A stretch of DNA of 64,000 nt. Source: Neophaeotheca triangularis (taxonomy: Eukaryota). The position numbers and the translations under genes are program-made. This document shows, piece by piece, positions 34,024-47,124 of this stretch (positions are counted from its first letter, which is position 1; each line of letters starts with the position of its first letter). The notes beneath the pieces are model-generated. The model did not search any database. It had not been told where the DNA came from and saw only the letters and a program-made list of their open reading frames with translations. The DNA is taken from contig BAAIJX010000074.1 in assembly GCA_054600435.1 (NCBI GenBank), positions 1-64,000 on the forward strand. The letters are read 5' to 3'.

Positions 34024-36412
34024 CTAAGGCTCCGCAAACACATGGTCCCCGCCAACCTCCTCGTCTTCAAAAGTGTCGAAGTCGGCTTCCGCAACGAAGG
34101 AAGAAAAATCGTTGCCCCTGTGGCGTCCAGTCAACCATAGCGTCTCGTACACAGCAGCGTCGCGGGCATCCGGGGAAAACGCCGAGCCATCCTTCATGTC
34201 CGTGTCGTCGAAGGTATCCGTATCCGTGTCCATAACAGCGCGCTTCGAAGAAGTAGAAAGAAGAGAAACTCCACCGGCGCCGTCCTGGGTCTTGTTGATA
34301 GAAGGCGAAGTGAACGCGCACGAGCCTGGCACGGAAAAGACATCGTCGCCGTCGCGAGGGAGGCCAAAGGAGAGGGGCGCGTCAAATCTGAGAAAGCTTA
34401 GAGCGCTTTGGGGAGGGGAAAGGTTGGCCTGCGCCATCGCAGTCGGCCGGGTCTTTGGCAGCGCGCTTAAGGCTGTCTCCAGAGCCGTGAGTTCGGGGAA
34501 GTGCGGCGGACGGTTTTGGTGCTGGTCGGCCGGGCCCGCGTTAGCAAACTTGACGTCCTTGAAGCTTTTGGCGCAAGGGCTTTTACCCTCGGGTTCCTCG
34601 CCCATCGGGAAGATATCTTCCGACTCGCTCAACTTGGCTTTCTTTTTGGCGGCGGAGCGGGCTACGGTCTCGTCTCTGTGTCTGCAACGGTTAGCACGGA
34701 GGGTGTCGAGCTGGCGTTCGCGCTTGGGTTTGGCTAACGGTTTATTGACCCGGAGTTTTGGAGGAACTCTGGCAGCGTACGACTGGATCGTCGCTGGCGA
34801 AGGAACGGGCACATTTGCCTTCTTCATGGACTTTCCAAAAATCTTGACGTGACGGACGCGGAACCACAGGGTGTCGTCGTTGAATGGCGTCTCCTCCGCA
34901 ATGTCCAGCAGTTCTATGATCTTCAGCTCGTCCTCTTTCTTCTGGACGGAAGATACCTCGTCCTGCCTATCGCCCAAGAGCTCAAGGGCATCCACGATCT
35001 TCTGCTCGGCTTCGGCACGCTTGGCAATCATCTCGGCTTGCTTCATGTCCTCCTTGTGGGCGGTTTCCTCTTCGGTCATTTTGTTCAACCAGCCGGCATA
35101 GTCGTGGTCACGGGGGTCATCGCCAGCGTCTTCCTGCTCGTATTCGCTGTTGCCATCGAAGCTGTCGTCGAAGTCATCCGCCCCATGATTCTGGCCCTGC
35201 ATATCCTCCATGAACTCTTCCGCGGGGATCCTATCGACGCCACCATGGCCGCTACCGCTGCTGACACCGCCGTAGAGCTGTTTGATGACGTAGTCGTGGA
35301 GAGCCTCTTTGGCCGTCTCAATCTTGTGGTCGAGATCGTCGGTGTTGAACATGCCGCCCGTCATACTCATCATGGACTTTTCGAGCTTGAAAGCGAAGGA
35401 GGCCGTCGGCTCATGAGTGTTGAGAGTTTCGGGGAGGGTGATTTTCACGTTGTGCACACCAGTTAGCAGCGCAAATGGACGTAAGACCAGCTCGATATCG
35501 CTGATGCCGTGGATAGAGGTGATGCGTGGCGACTGAGTGTTGCGATCGATCCAGCCATCTACAGGTCCAGAAGGTTGGTCGCTCTCGGAGTCAAAGTCGA
35601 TGATGATGTTGGTCATGCGCTGGTTGTCAAGGGCGTCCGTGTTGTCGCGCTTCAGTAAGAGGCAGATGGCGTGGTTCATGAAGTAGGTGTTCAGGGCGAT
35701 GTGGCGGTGGTTGGCTTCATTGGTGGCCTCATGGAAGATGGTGATGTGAAGTTTCTTGAGGCGATGGAAACCGAACTCCTCAATACCGGTGAATCTGTCG
35801 AAGCGCATGTCGTTCTCGGTCTTGTATTGGAGTGGCTGACGGCCAACGTTGATGACCTCGATGCCGCCGTGCTTGACGCCCTGGTGGACGTGGACAGCGA
35901 AGAAGCGCTCCTCGTAGACGACTCTGGCGACTTCGTTCTTGATGACTTTGTTGAGGACCATAAGATCCGAGACCTCATTGTGCCGTCTGGGAAAAGGAAA
36001 AAGTTAGCCTCTCCTTCACTTCACTTCACTTCACTACACCATGGGGTTGAACTTACGGCTTCATGCCATTGACCTTGACCTTGTTGCTGTCCGCACAGAG
36101 AGGCTTGAACTCGGTGTCTCTGGAGGGCAGGGAGGCGGTCAGGATCATGCGACGGACGTCGGAGGGCACCTTGTCCATGAAGGGCGAGGCGCCCGACTGT
36201 GGCGGGATACTGGCCGGGTGAGGGAGCTGATCCGTGGCGACCTCATTGATCTTGCGCACGCGGACTGGGAGGTAGCCGGCCTCGCAGAGAATTGGCTCGG
36301 TGAGCTCCCATGGCAGAGGGTTGTTCTCACTCGCCAGTAAGGCGATGAGATTGGCGCAGCGGATTCTGTAGCCCACCGTGTTCTGGTCCATTGGCACAGA
36401 TAGCACTGCCAT
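34024..36412 (-). CDS. Hypothetical protein with an F-box-like segment and an acidic/low-complexity C-terminus
   Basis: ORFs 36053..36412 and 34024..35961 join via intron 36056-35987 (GTAAGT...CTAAC...CAG). SPFMDKVPSDVRRMIL resembles fungal F-box-like starts. Confidence 0.75.
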
Positions 36413-38216
36413 GGCTGTGATGATGTGTTGCTAGGGGATGTGGATGGAGTGTTGGGTAAAGGGGTAGCAACTGGGAGCGAAGATGAGAGTGGATGTTTCG
36501 TGTTGTGAGTAAGAAGAAGGAGAGCGAATGAAGAAAAGGATGGCCTGGCAGTGAGGTCGAATGTTTCAGAAGCCGTGCTGAGCCGTACGCACCCCCCATG
36601 CAATCTTGTTGTCGATTCCGTTTGTGGAAGAGCCTTGGCGTGTCTGCCTCAGTAATGCCTCCGTAATGTCACGTGCGGTCGCCGACAGGAGACGGGGTTT
36701 GTTTCGTGCGCGCGCATAATGTCCTGCCCTTACCTACCAAGAGACCTACCTTCATTCTCCCTGGCGAGCCGAGCCATCTCATTTCTGCACGCAGCCTTTA
36801 CGCCATGCCCCTACTGGCTCACCTACAATATTTTTGGTGCAAACTGCGGTCACCACGGCCATACGATGTATTCGCCGGAAAGGAGGATGTTTAGGCCTAA
36901 CAGCCGGACCGCAGGGATGGATCCAGCCACAATTCACCCGTAGTGTTCCGCCACAAGTCTGTCAGGCATTTCTCTCCCTGTGTAACGGCATCAGCGAGTC
37001 CCCCGGGCGAAAAGGGGCTTCTACTTAGGGCAGGCAGCCCCCAAGCAGGCGCTGACGTTTCTTCGTTCTCCATTACTCCGCAAGCGTAGCCCCACCGTCG
37101 TTACTACCACAGGAACGCTGAGAGACTTCTACTCGGTCTCGATTATTCCCACCATCTGGGTGTACGGGTCAGCGAATGCCAAGATATCACCGGCGAACTA
37201 CAAGCCCACTCACCATAGTCTCCTCCGCTCGCCTTCTCAGCAAACCAAGCCTCTACACTCCTGCCAGCAGCCCGTGCGTACATGCCACGATCCCACCCCT
37301 TTTTCCCAGAAGCCTGCGAGCACAGTGTTGTCAGTATCATGTGCCACACAGCATCGCGAAGGGCATGTCCTGTCTGTCAAACGCAATGTACCACTCGTGT
37401 GCAGAGAGAAATCTAGGCATGGGGAACTACAAAGCATTCACCATGTCTCCCAGCGTCACCTACCCACCGGCCAAAGCCTTCCCATGTCCGCGAGCATTCA
37501 TATGGCGTGCTGCCAGTCTATGATTCCCGTAGATAGCGCACTCAAATCGTGCAGTCAGGGTCCATTTGGTTGAAGCGCCGAAAAGTAGGTCTTCCAGCCT
37601 TATTCACGCGAGTCAGCTTTTGATAAAGGATGAAAGCCAGCGATACACTTATTCACGTCCTCCCTTTGGTGGATTTCTCCGTTGACCAAAGTAACTGCAA
37701 TGTTCCGAGCAGGCCTCGAGCGTGCTACCGATTTGCCTTTCTTTTCCAAAGCTACACAGTGGACATACGCCCGTCGTAGCGCCACGACGCAGGAGCCCAT
37801 CCGTGCCTATGCTAGGTGATTCCGTTCTACAGAGAAGGGTTCACGAGGCACTTACAGCCACTACCGGTAAATTCATCGCCGTCCAAAGCCATCTCTGCGT
37901 GCAAGCGTACTCCAACCGTACCATTATCCATCAATCTCGAAGACTTAGTACGAATCCAGCCTTGACGCCCCTTGAATGTATCGAAAACACACATGGTAAA
38001 CCGGAAGCCAAGTCTCCTGCACCCATCGCAAAGGGCAAGGGGTTCAATTCAATGTGATCGTGAATTTCGTCTCTTCCTAAGCCTATGCTATGTTCCCCCG
38101 GCGTGCTCGCGGCAGTCGCCCGCCGATCCTCCGGCGCAGTGTCCACGCACCGACGAGCAGTGGTCTAGGGCGTAAGTCTTTTGCAAGTAAAGCTACCATT
38201 GAGCAATGAACGGCGC

Positions 38217-38795
38217 CTAGTGAGCCGCGCTAGGGCCCTTGGTGGCGTTCCTGTCACCCATGCGGCCATGCTCCTGTGAGAGTAGCAAGAGTCAGTCAAC
38301 CGTCTGACTCCCCAGCTTCTTGTCTGTATCCGAGCAAAAAGCCACTTACCTCAGATTCGACCACAGTCCCCTGCTCCAGAATCTTCGTCACGACCTCGTC
38401 ATCCTTCGTAGTGCCGAACTCATCCTCCAATTGCCCCTTGCTCGCGCTGTCGAGGATGCCCTGGTTACCGTGCCTACATCACCCCAGAACGTTAGCAAAT
38501 ACCATACACATAACTCAACTCAACTCAAACCCATCCCATGTCCTTCGGATGAAGTTCAAATCTGGCCCACCCCCACTTCTTCTCAATCCTCTCCAACACA
38601 AGCGGTGTGGGATAGGGGAAACGCGGCGTACTTGTGGGTTACGAAGATCTTCCAGCCGCTAACGACTTGGGCGAGGGGCACAGTCTTGTCCTTCTTCCAG
38701 GCCTCGAGCTCGGCGGCGCTCTCGACGAAGACGATGAAGTCTTCCGTGTTGCCCTTGTGGTGGACCTTGGTCTGGGCTGCGTTGCCGCGAGTCAT
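38217..38795 (-). CDS. SBDS N-terminal domain protein (Rtc3-like)
   Basis: MTRGNAAQTKVHHKGNTEDFIVFVES...WKKDKTVPLAQVVSGWKIFVTHK. Introns 38631-38474 and 38349-38274. Confidence 0.88.
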
Positions 38796-39809
38796 TGTTG
38801 CTGATTTGAGTAGGTTGGGTTTGGGGGCTGTTAGGTTCTGAAGCTGTAGTGGGAGGCTTTGGAAGTCTTGGAGGATTGTGTTGTTTGTCGTGTGTTGTGA
38901 TGGAGTGTTGGGTATGAGTGGTTTTATAGCGGTCTCGTGCTCGTCAGGCTACGTGAGCTCTGGAGCTTTGAAGTCGGCCCTGGACTGGAGTGGGCACCTC
39001 AGGGCACGGTCGTATCGAGGGACGTCACCTTGCATATGCCAGGGCAGGCGCGTCTCGGGCCAGAATAAATAATGGAAGAGACGATCAGACAACGGCACCG
39101 CCTCGTTTCACTGTACCAGGGCAGGAACTGTGCTTAGAGCTCCATTCAGGGGAACATGACTGACTGGGCGTACGGTACGGTATGCTAGAAATCCATCACA
39201 GGCATACGTAACGAGCTACTAGTATCTGGACAACGACGACCCCAGCCAGCGACCTGCTTCACTCTGATTCGTCCCCACATCTTCACGCTAACATTCGGAC
39301 ACCTTATACCTGCACTTCGAACCCTCCCCTCCATTCTAATTTTTTAGTTATTAACCACACAGGAAAGAATGGCAAAAGTACCTACATAAAAGTGTTCAAG
39401 ACGCCTTGTCATTGACCACTTGACCCATCTCCACCGGGAGCGCTGAAATTGCACCCACTGGTCTATCCTAAAGCTGCCCCCGGGCGATGCAGCCGGTCGT
39501 TGGAGGTCATGCCACGACCCCTCAGCAGTCCGAAACAAGACCAGTCAGATGGCGCCCAAAACCCGAAAAACGTACGCCTACTAGCGCCTAATTCTCAAAG
39601 GCCAATCAGAGAGTAGGGGCGTTCAGGAGCATGATTGTATCGGCAAGAAGAGACATGGATGGTGATAGCTATTACGGCAAATTGCCATTGCTCATAGCCA
39701 TGGATAGCTAACTATACATAATTATAATACATACGCGCAACCAGGGTTCCCGTCGCGTTGCTACAGCATGCCTCCTACGACTGCTCCAAATACCATGCCA
39801 CCTCTTCCG

Positions 39810-42800
39810 CTACTGTCCAAACAACCTCATCAACTTATGCCTACTCTTCATCTTTCTCGGCGTTCTACAAACCTTCTCGTCCTGCCCAGTACCCCTCACC
39901 TCCCCCCCGACCCCATCACGCCGTGGAGCCTTCACCTTCACCTCCGCCCCACATCCATCCACGCCCCCAAGCCCAACCGCCAACGCAGCCAAACTCCCCT
40001 CGCCCTCGCCCCGCCTTCCAATCGGCCTCAAAGTCCCTTCGGATCCCCCCTGCTCGCTCTCCCTAACATCCTTGACACTCTGCGCGCGCCTCAATCCCCC
40101 ATTCTTCGCCTCACTCCCCAGCAGCGGGCTGAAAGGCCTCTCCATCGTCAACGTCAGCGTCCTCAACGCGCTCTTCTTCCTCTTAGCCTCCTTGGCCACA
40201 TTCCCGCCCCCCAGTTCGAAATCCGCAGGTAAGAACGCTTCAGGCGCGTTGTGGAAATCGACCAGAGGCGCTGGTCTACCGCCGGGGTTGCTCTTCGCCG
40301 CGCGCTTGTAGCCCACCCTGCTGTTGTTGCTGGAAGGTGGCCTGTCTTCTTTTGTGCGCGCGGAGCTCGCAACGCTGGCGAAACTGGGCGTGCGCTTTGA
40401 GCTGCTGAAGTTGCTGGTGATGGAAGCCATGCTAAATTTGCGGATCACGTGGTTGGCGCCGGCGCGTAAGGGGTGGTCGGAACGCCGCGGTATCATGCCC
40501 GGATGCGGGAGTTGGTCTTTGGTCCAGACATCTGCGAGGAGCGTTTCCAGCCTTATGCGGTCGGCGCGGCGGGGGGCGAGCGTTTGGACGTGGCTTGGTG
40601 TGGCGACGGACTGGGAGCGTGGAATTTGGAGGGACGATGTCGATGGGTCTGCCGAGTACGTGGGGACGCCGTCCGGACTTTCTTTGACGGCTAGGGTGTT
40701 TTTGATGATGACTTGGTTGAGGTCCGTAAGTGGCCCTACTGTCGCTGTGCGCTGAACGGACATGCGTCGAACGAAGCTCCCGACTTTGCCAAAAGCATTT
40801 CCGATACTGCGCATTTCGCTGAGCATTGGTGAGTGGAGCTCGAGGGGGTTGCCCGAGCCTTCTGCCACAGCTTTCGCTCGCAAGGCGATGTTAAGACTCA
40901 GCCGTTTGCGCCAGACCTCTGCCTCCTTAGCTGAACAGGCCGTGAGTATCATTTCGAACATCCGGGCGTCGTGTTCAAAGATGACTTTCCACGAGTGTTG
41001 GGCCGTGTGGCACTGCAAGGCTTTGCCGTTGTCGCACTCTTCGATCGTGGCGTTTGCGAGTGATATGCCGAGGAGAACGCTGTATCGTGTTCCATCATCG
41101 CTAACACTAGCAAGCAGCAAAGTTGTCTCAAAGAGGATGCACACAACGTACGATCCGCGGATGCGATCACGGCTTCGGTAGGCTGTATGAAGGCAGCCAC
41201 AAAGCACAACCTGACCTAGTAGAGTCAGAAAAACTGATCGTGGTACCTGGTCAGAGAAGTTGAGTCGCTCGCCAATTAGCCAGGATGCTTCTAGCGCTCG
41301 GCTATACGTAGGATTGTCTTTGGCGTGGTTCACCCCTTTGCATGTGTTGTGGAGCTCGGCTGTCAAGTCGAGGAGCTGCCCATGAGCATCGGGATCGTCG
41401 CATGACGGAGTCAGTTTGCAAAGGTCTCGAAAAAGCAGCTCATATCGCATGATGCGCTGAATAGGTTTGATGAGCAGATCTTTGACCGTCAACGCCTTTT
41501 TGTGGTTCGCAGCCCTGTCTTTGGCGGCGCCAATTGTGATTGAGAGAGCCTCGATAGCTTTGTCGTAGTCCGGCCACCGAGTGATGATCTGCTGCGTCTC
41601 CTCGATGTCTTTCTGCATCATTTCAAAATGGCTGCCAAATTCTTCGTAGGTCTTCAAGCGTTTCAGCCGGGACGTGAAAGCGTTCGCAACAGCTGCTACG
41701 ACTTGCGGACTGCATCTTGGGACCAAAGCTTCTTCGTCAGACGACCTGCCTATGTTGAGCGATCTTCGTCCCTTGCGAATCGAGGCGACGGCCGAGCGGA
41801 CTGTGCTGTTTCGTGTGGGAACGACGTCGACGCTGTGCCATCTTGTATGTTTTCGGGATGTTGTCGCAACAGGTACGCTCGAGAGCGTCTTGTCCATCTC
41901 CGCGAAGGGCACTACCTTGTGAAGATCGCTGAGTAACTCATCGTGCAGGTGCAGAATCTCGGCAATATTGCGCTGGGCTGCGGCCCTCGTGAAGCCTGCA
42001 GATGGGAGGTACTGCCCAAGGAGCGTAAAGTACGCCTACGGAGATACTATTAGCAACTACAAGTACAACGGGGTTGGGTGTTGCTGACATTCGACAGTGC
42101 TTTCACGTCAGCGATGTAGTTCTCCTCGGTCCTGATCAGTTCCTCGACCTTCTCATACCGCTTCCTCGATCGCTGTTTGGCAGCCTCGTCAAGCACAGAG
42201 CGCTCGCTATCAACAGAAGGCCGGGTTTCAGATCCCGAAAGAACGCTGCTGCGCTGCTGACCCCTCCGATAATGAGTAGTGCGCTTCGAGAGTGGTGCGA
42301 TGCTGGTGCTGGCGATCGTCACGGTAGCCGATTTTACTGCGCTCACGAAGCCAAGAGAAGAACTTTGTGAGCTTGACTTGCGGTGACGGTAGTGCTGCGA
42401 CCTTGGCGAAGGCCCCTTGCAGTCGAAATCGTCGAGAATCCACCGCTGCTTGCGTGGGGTCACGGCCGTTGGCCTCGTCTTCTGGCGTCTACGCCGCAAT
42501 GTACTCATCCAACGACGAAATGGGGTTGGCTCTAACGAGGCCAATGAATCTTGCTCGAAGTCCCGTTCATCAACGGTATCCTCGACTTCGTTCATGGGCT
42601 CAATGTTCCGCAAAGGGGCATCTACTACATCCGCGGTACTCATGGTACTATCCACGCGCTTCAGTCGCTCGAAGGACGCAAGACCCGAGTCCTGGTGTGA
42701 ATCATTACTGCGCCCTTGAGCCAAGGCACTGCTGATCGAATCAATGCCTGGACTGGGGCTCGGGTCTCTCGTAGTGTCTTCTGCTTCGTGCACACTCAGT

Positions 42801-43123
42801 GCAGAAAAAAAGCTTGATCGAGGCGAGGTGCGCAGAGAGGTAGACACCGAGAAGCTTCTCTCGCCTCCTGAAGCGTTGGCTGTGTGACCGGCAGCTCGAG
42901 GACGGGAGGGAGGTGTCGGACGTGACCTCCAATCAGTTTCCTCAGATCTCGAAACAGCTATGGACAGCTGGGAACCGAGCGAGAGGAGCGAGTTTGTCGA
43001 GGTCTCCCTGGGATGACGGCGCTTCACGGTACCCGAGGAGTTTATGCTAGGCGTGAAGGCATCTGAAAGGTGAGGTGTCTCTTTGAAAGGCGTGCCGGGT
43101 GTCAGGGTGAGTACGTAGGACAT
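39810..43123 (-). CDS. Rho guanine-nucleotide exchange factor (DH + PH-like)
   Basis: EELIRTEENYIADVKAL and DLLIKPIQRIMRYELLF DH motifs. Intron 42088-42036. Confidence 0.92.
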
Positions 43124-43890
43124 TTTGGATGCGTCGACTGGCGAGAATGCAGTCCAGTGCAGGGTGACTGGCTGTTATTGTATGCAGTTGAGTGCTTGAA
43201 CTCGGAATCATACCTACCTTATACATGACAAGAGGCAAGGGAGCAGTCGTCGTCAAAGAGAGTCGTCAATGTTTTCGCAACACTGAAGGAAGTCCAGGCT
43301 AAGCGGTGCCTACCTACATCTCTTGAGACATGAAGGAGGAAGGCTCGTGTTGCATTCGAACGGTCGAGGCAGGTGGATCGTACTTCCTCCAATTTCGCAA
43401 TCCGGATAGCATGCTTCGAGTATCATGCTTCCGTGAAGCATTTCAAGGTTTCTATAGTGGCCATGCTGCCCCAGGGTGCTCGCTATGAAGCTCTCTCTGC
43501 AAGTCTTTGCTTTGTTGCGGTTGCGTGTCAGGGCAATATTAATAACATCGTAGTGTCTCGTCGCGGCCTGTTCAGAAGCGAATGGCTCGGTGGACGCAGG
43601 TTGTCTCCCGCCAATGTCGTGGTCCCGCTCAGGGTTCCTTTCGATGAGACTGAGGATTTCTAGACGTCGTCCGGTCGTGGTGTGCCTCACATAGAAGAGA
43701 ATGCGGTTGGCACGTTCCAAGGTTATTTGAGGCAATTGAGGTGATTTGAGGACAACCTTCTTCGCAGGCTCCAACGCCGAGGTCCCGTCGCGTTTTCCAC
43801 GACGCGTCTTGCTGCCTGAAGCGTTTAACGGTACATAAAACATGAAAGCAATGCACCGACATCCTCTTGGGCTACTGCAGCAACTCGAAC

Positions 43891-44784
43891 ATGTCTTCAC
43901 CTCTCAGCGTGAAGCGACGAAAGGTCAATCATGCAACAAACGTCCTCGCAAAGCCGTTCGTGTCTCCTCTCAAACGGACAGCCGCAGACCAATCGACATC
44001 ACAAGAGCAACAGCCCAACACATCACGAACCGATCACAGGCCGTACACTCCTAGCACCTTAGCGCACACCATCAGCACATCATCATCACCTGCCGCCGAA
44101 AGGACAAAGAGTACTGCTACACCTCGTGCCAACACAGTCCGCGCCCGGCCTTCCTATACACCCATCACAGGCGGCAAGCGGCGCGATCCAGAAGAAATTG
44201 CCGCGCAGCGAGCCATCACATCTTTGGAACTCCAGATCCGCTCATTACGCCACGAGCTGGAGACTCTCACCCAAGCCCAGCAGCTGTCTACAAGCAGTAC
44301 CGACGACGAGCTCGTCGTCCTGACCGACAAATGGCGGTCAGCGGCGCAACAAGCAGCTGAAGAGCTATTTGGGTCTGTTCATGACCGCGTATGCCGAATG
44401 GGAGGCGTAGCAGCATGGCGGGAAGCTGAGAAGTCTAAATTCGACAAGCAGCACGGGTTAGGGGAGTACGCGCAACAGGATGAGGGAGCGAACGAGGACG
44501 ATGATGCGGACTGTGAGTTTGACAGTCAGGGTGAGGAGTTGCCGGAGGACGAGCAGGAATGGAGGCGCAAGAAGAAGAGGAGGGTGAGGGAGGAGATGGC
44601 TGCGGCTGCGGATGTGCCCGCTGAAGGCGAAGGGGAAGGAGAAGCAGAGGTGGCGAACTCGAGGGTTTGGCAGGATCCGGGCAAGGAGGATGATGCTTTT
44701 ACGATGGACATGATGTTGCGGTCGCTTAATATTGAGCTGGACGTCATTGGGTATGATAAGAGGGAACAGAGGTGGGTTGCATGA
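43891..44784 (+). CDS. Sfr1/Mei5 (Dds20)-like recombination repair protein
   Basis: KPFVSPLK motif, coiled coil, L..KWRSAAQQAAEELF, and FTMDMMLRSLNIELDVIGYD C-terminus. Confidence 0.85.
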   Translation: MSSPLSVKRRKVNHATNVLAKPFVSPLKRTAADQSTSQEQQPNTSRTDHRPYTPSTLAHTISTSSSPAAERTKSTATPRANTVRARPSYTPITGGKRRDPEEIAAQRAITSLELQIRSLRHELETLTQAQQLSTSSTDDELVVLTDKWRSAAQQAAEELFGSVHDRVCRMGGVAAWREAEKSKFDKQHGLGEYAQQDEGANEDDDADCEFDSQGEELPEDEQEWRRKKKRRVREEMAAAADVPAEGEGEGEAEVANSRVWQDPGKEDDAFTMDMMLRSLNIELDVIGYDKREQRWVA

Positions 44785-45195
44785 AATGAGTGAGTTGATC
44801 ATGGGACGCGGCGTTTATGATATCAATGATACCCCTGGAGCATATGCTTTGCTTGCTGCCATGTAGTGAGTGGCTCATATTTCCTTACCTTGCTAGACAC
44901 ATCTCATTTCGAGAAGATCGTGTGATTCCTTCTCTTCCGATGCTATTCAATCACTTCCGCTCAGATGCCTCACGGGCACACCTGTGCACCTGGCAGGTCA
45001 TGCTTACTAATCTGGTAGTTCGCGTGCATGCAAACTGACATCATTAATCGGACTCCAGGTGCCCGTGCCGGGCAGTTGGATGGAAGCTCCCGGCGGTTTG
45101 GGGTGTTTCTTGAAGCTCGTTGATTGTTGAGTCCTTCAATCTGCTTCCTCTCTGCACACAGCATCTCAATTGATTCTTGTCGCACAGCATCAATC

Positions 45196-46421
45196 ATGTT
45201 CGCAAGTAGAGCTTTCAGGCCGGCAGCTCAGCTGTCTAGCGTACGTCCACTAGAAGACCCAATCTCAGCAATACGCCACGCGCATAGTCGCCTCGCGATG
45301 TCGACGGGAACAGCAACAGCAACATCGAACTGACACCCGATCCCAGCACGTCCGTCGTTACGCTACCGAGCCCCCCAAGGGCGGCAACAACGCCCTCCTC
45401 TTCGGTGGTATTGGTGCCGCAGTCCTCGGTGGTACCTACTACGCCTTCGGCACCTCGCCCGCCGCCTCACCAACTGCCCAACACGGCATCGGCAACGAGA
45501 GTGCAGCCAAGGGTCAGCCCGCCTCTAAGGAGGAAGAGAAGAATGTGCCCGGTGTTGCCGCCGAGGCTTCCAAATGCTTCAAAGGAGGCGACCAGGGCTT
45601 CATTGGCTTGACCCTTGACAAGGTCGAGCCTCTGTCTGGCAACACCAAGCTCTTCCGTTTCAAGCTGCCAGAGTCCGACTCGGTCAGCGGTTTGAGCGTT
45701 GCGAGCGCGTTGATCACAAAGTTCAAGGGTCCGGAGATGCAGAAGCCTGTCATTAGGCCTTACACTCCTGTCAGCGATGAGAGTAAGTCTGCAGAGAGCA
45801 TGGCTTCAACGGCTTGGTACCGAGAAATGTTGCTAATCATGAGCACGATCAGACACCAAGGGCTACCTTGACTTCATCGTCAAGCAATACCCCGGCGGCC
45901 CAATGTCAACCCACATTCACGAAATGAAGCCCGGCGACTCGCTCGACATGAAGGGACCCATCCCTAAGTACCCCTGGACCGAGAACAAGCACAACCACGT
46001 CGCCATGATTGCCGGCGGTACAGGCATCACCCCAATGTACCAGCTCTGCCGCGCCATCTTCAAGAACCCCAACGACAAGACAAAGGTCACCATGGTCTTC
46101 GGAAACGTCAAGGAAGAGGACATTCTGCTGCAGAAGGAACTACAAGAGCTTGAGCAAAAGTATCCCCAGCGCTTCAGGGCTTTCTACACTCTCGACCAGC
46201 CCCCGAGCAACTGGCAGGGCGGCAAGGGTTTCATCACCAAGGACTTGCTGCAGACTGTGCTCCCGGGCCCCAAGGATGACAACGTCAAGGTGTTTGTCTG
46301 TGGTCCACCGGGCTTGTACAAGGCTATCTCTGGCACCAAGAACTCGCCCGCTGATCAGGGTGAGCTTGCCGGCAGCTTGAAGGAGTTGGGTTACTCCAAG
46401 GACCAAGTCTACAAGTTCTAA
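45196..46421 (+). CDS. MCR1: Mitochondrial NADH-cytochrome b5 reductase
   Basis: [20 protein letters not shown] and VFVCGPPG motifs; mitochondrial-type N-terminus. Introns 45241-45346 and 45783-45852. Confidence 0.93.
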
Positions 46422-47124
46422 GCTAGAACTGTAGATCGAAGGTTGTGTATCATAGATTTACAGCTAGATGAGGCGGTAAAAAAGAAGCCACTGTACACGC
46501 TCGAAGAATACAGCCAATCATCATCATGTCGCGTGTTGGTAACTTACAATTCTTTTGGAAGACACAATCGATCTTTGGTTGTGGACATTGGGCAGACTGC
46601 AGTGCTTTGGGCGAACCTGCGTTTCCCCCCTCGCTTGGCACGCCCCACTGCTCGTGGATGCCTTCCTACCTACATGGCAACATCAAAGGAAACCTTCATC
46701 ACTCAGGTCATCTGTACATGCTCCATAAGCAGTAACAAAAGTAAGTAATCTCGTAAACCTCATCTTGTCCGATACCGCAGAAATGAAAAGGGAAACGGCG
46801 AGTGAAGATCGAGGGCGCGGCCGACGATAACCGTTTCGTCGCGCCTTATTCCCGAAAGTTCGTGATGCGTTGACTACCAGGGACGCGGGAAGACACAAGG
46901 TACATCTTACGCCCTTCGACACGCCGCCCGAACACGGAACCTCATCTACTCACAGTCATTGGAAACAATTTGCGCTACTCTGAAAATCACATATTCTCCG
47001 TCAGCTAAGTGCCGCGATGCGTGGTAGGTCTTCTGTTGCATCCTGCCAACCACTCTTTTGCTCTTCATCTCTTTTCCCGGCCTATTAAGCCATCCGGGTG
47101 TTTGGTGGCGAGCAACACGCGAGC

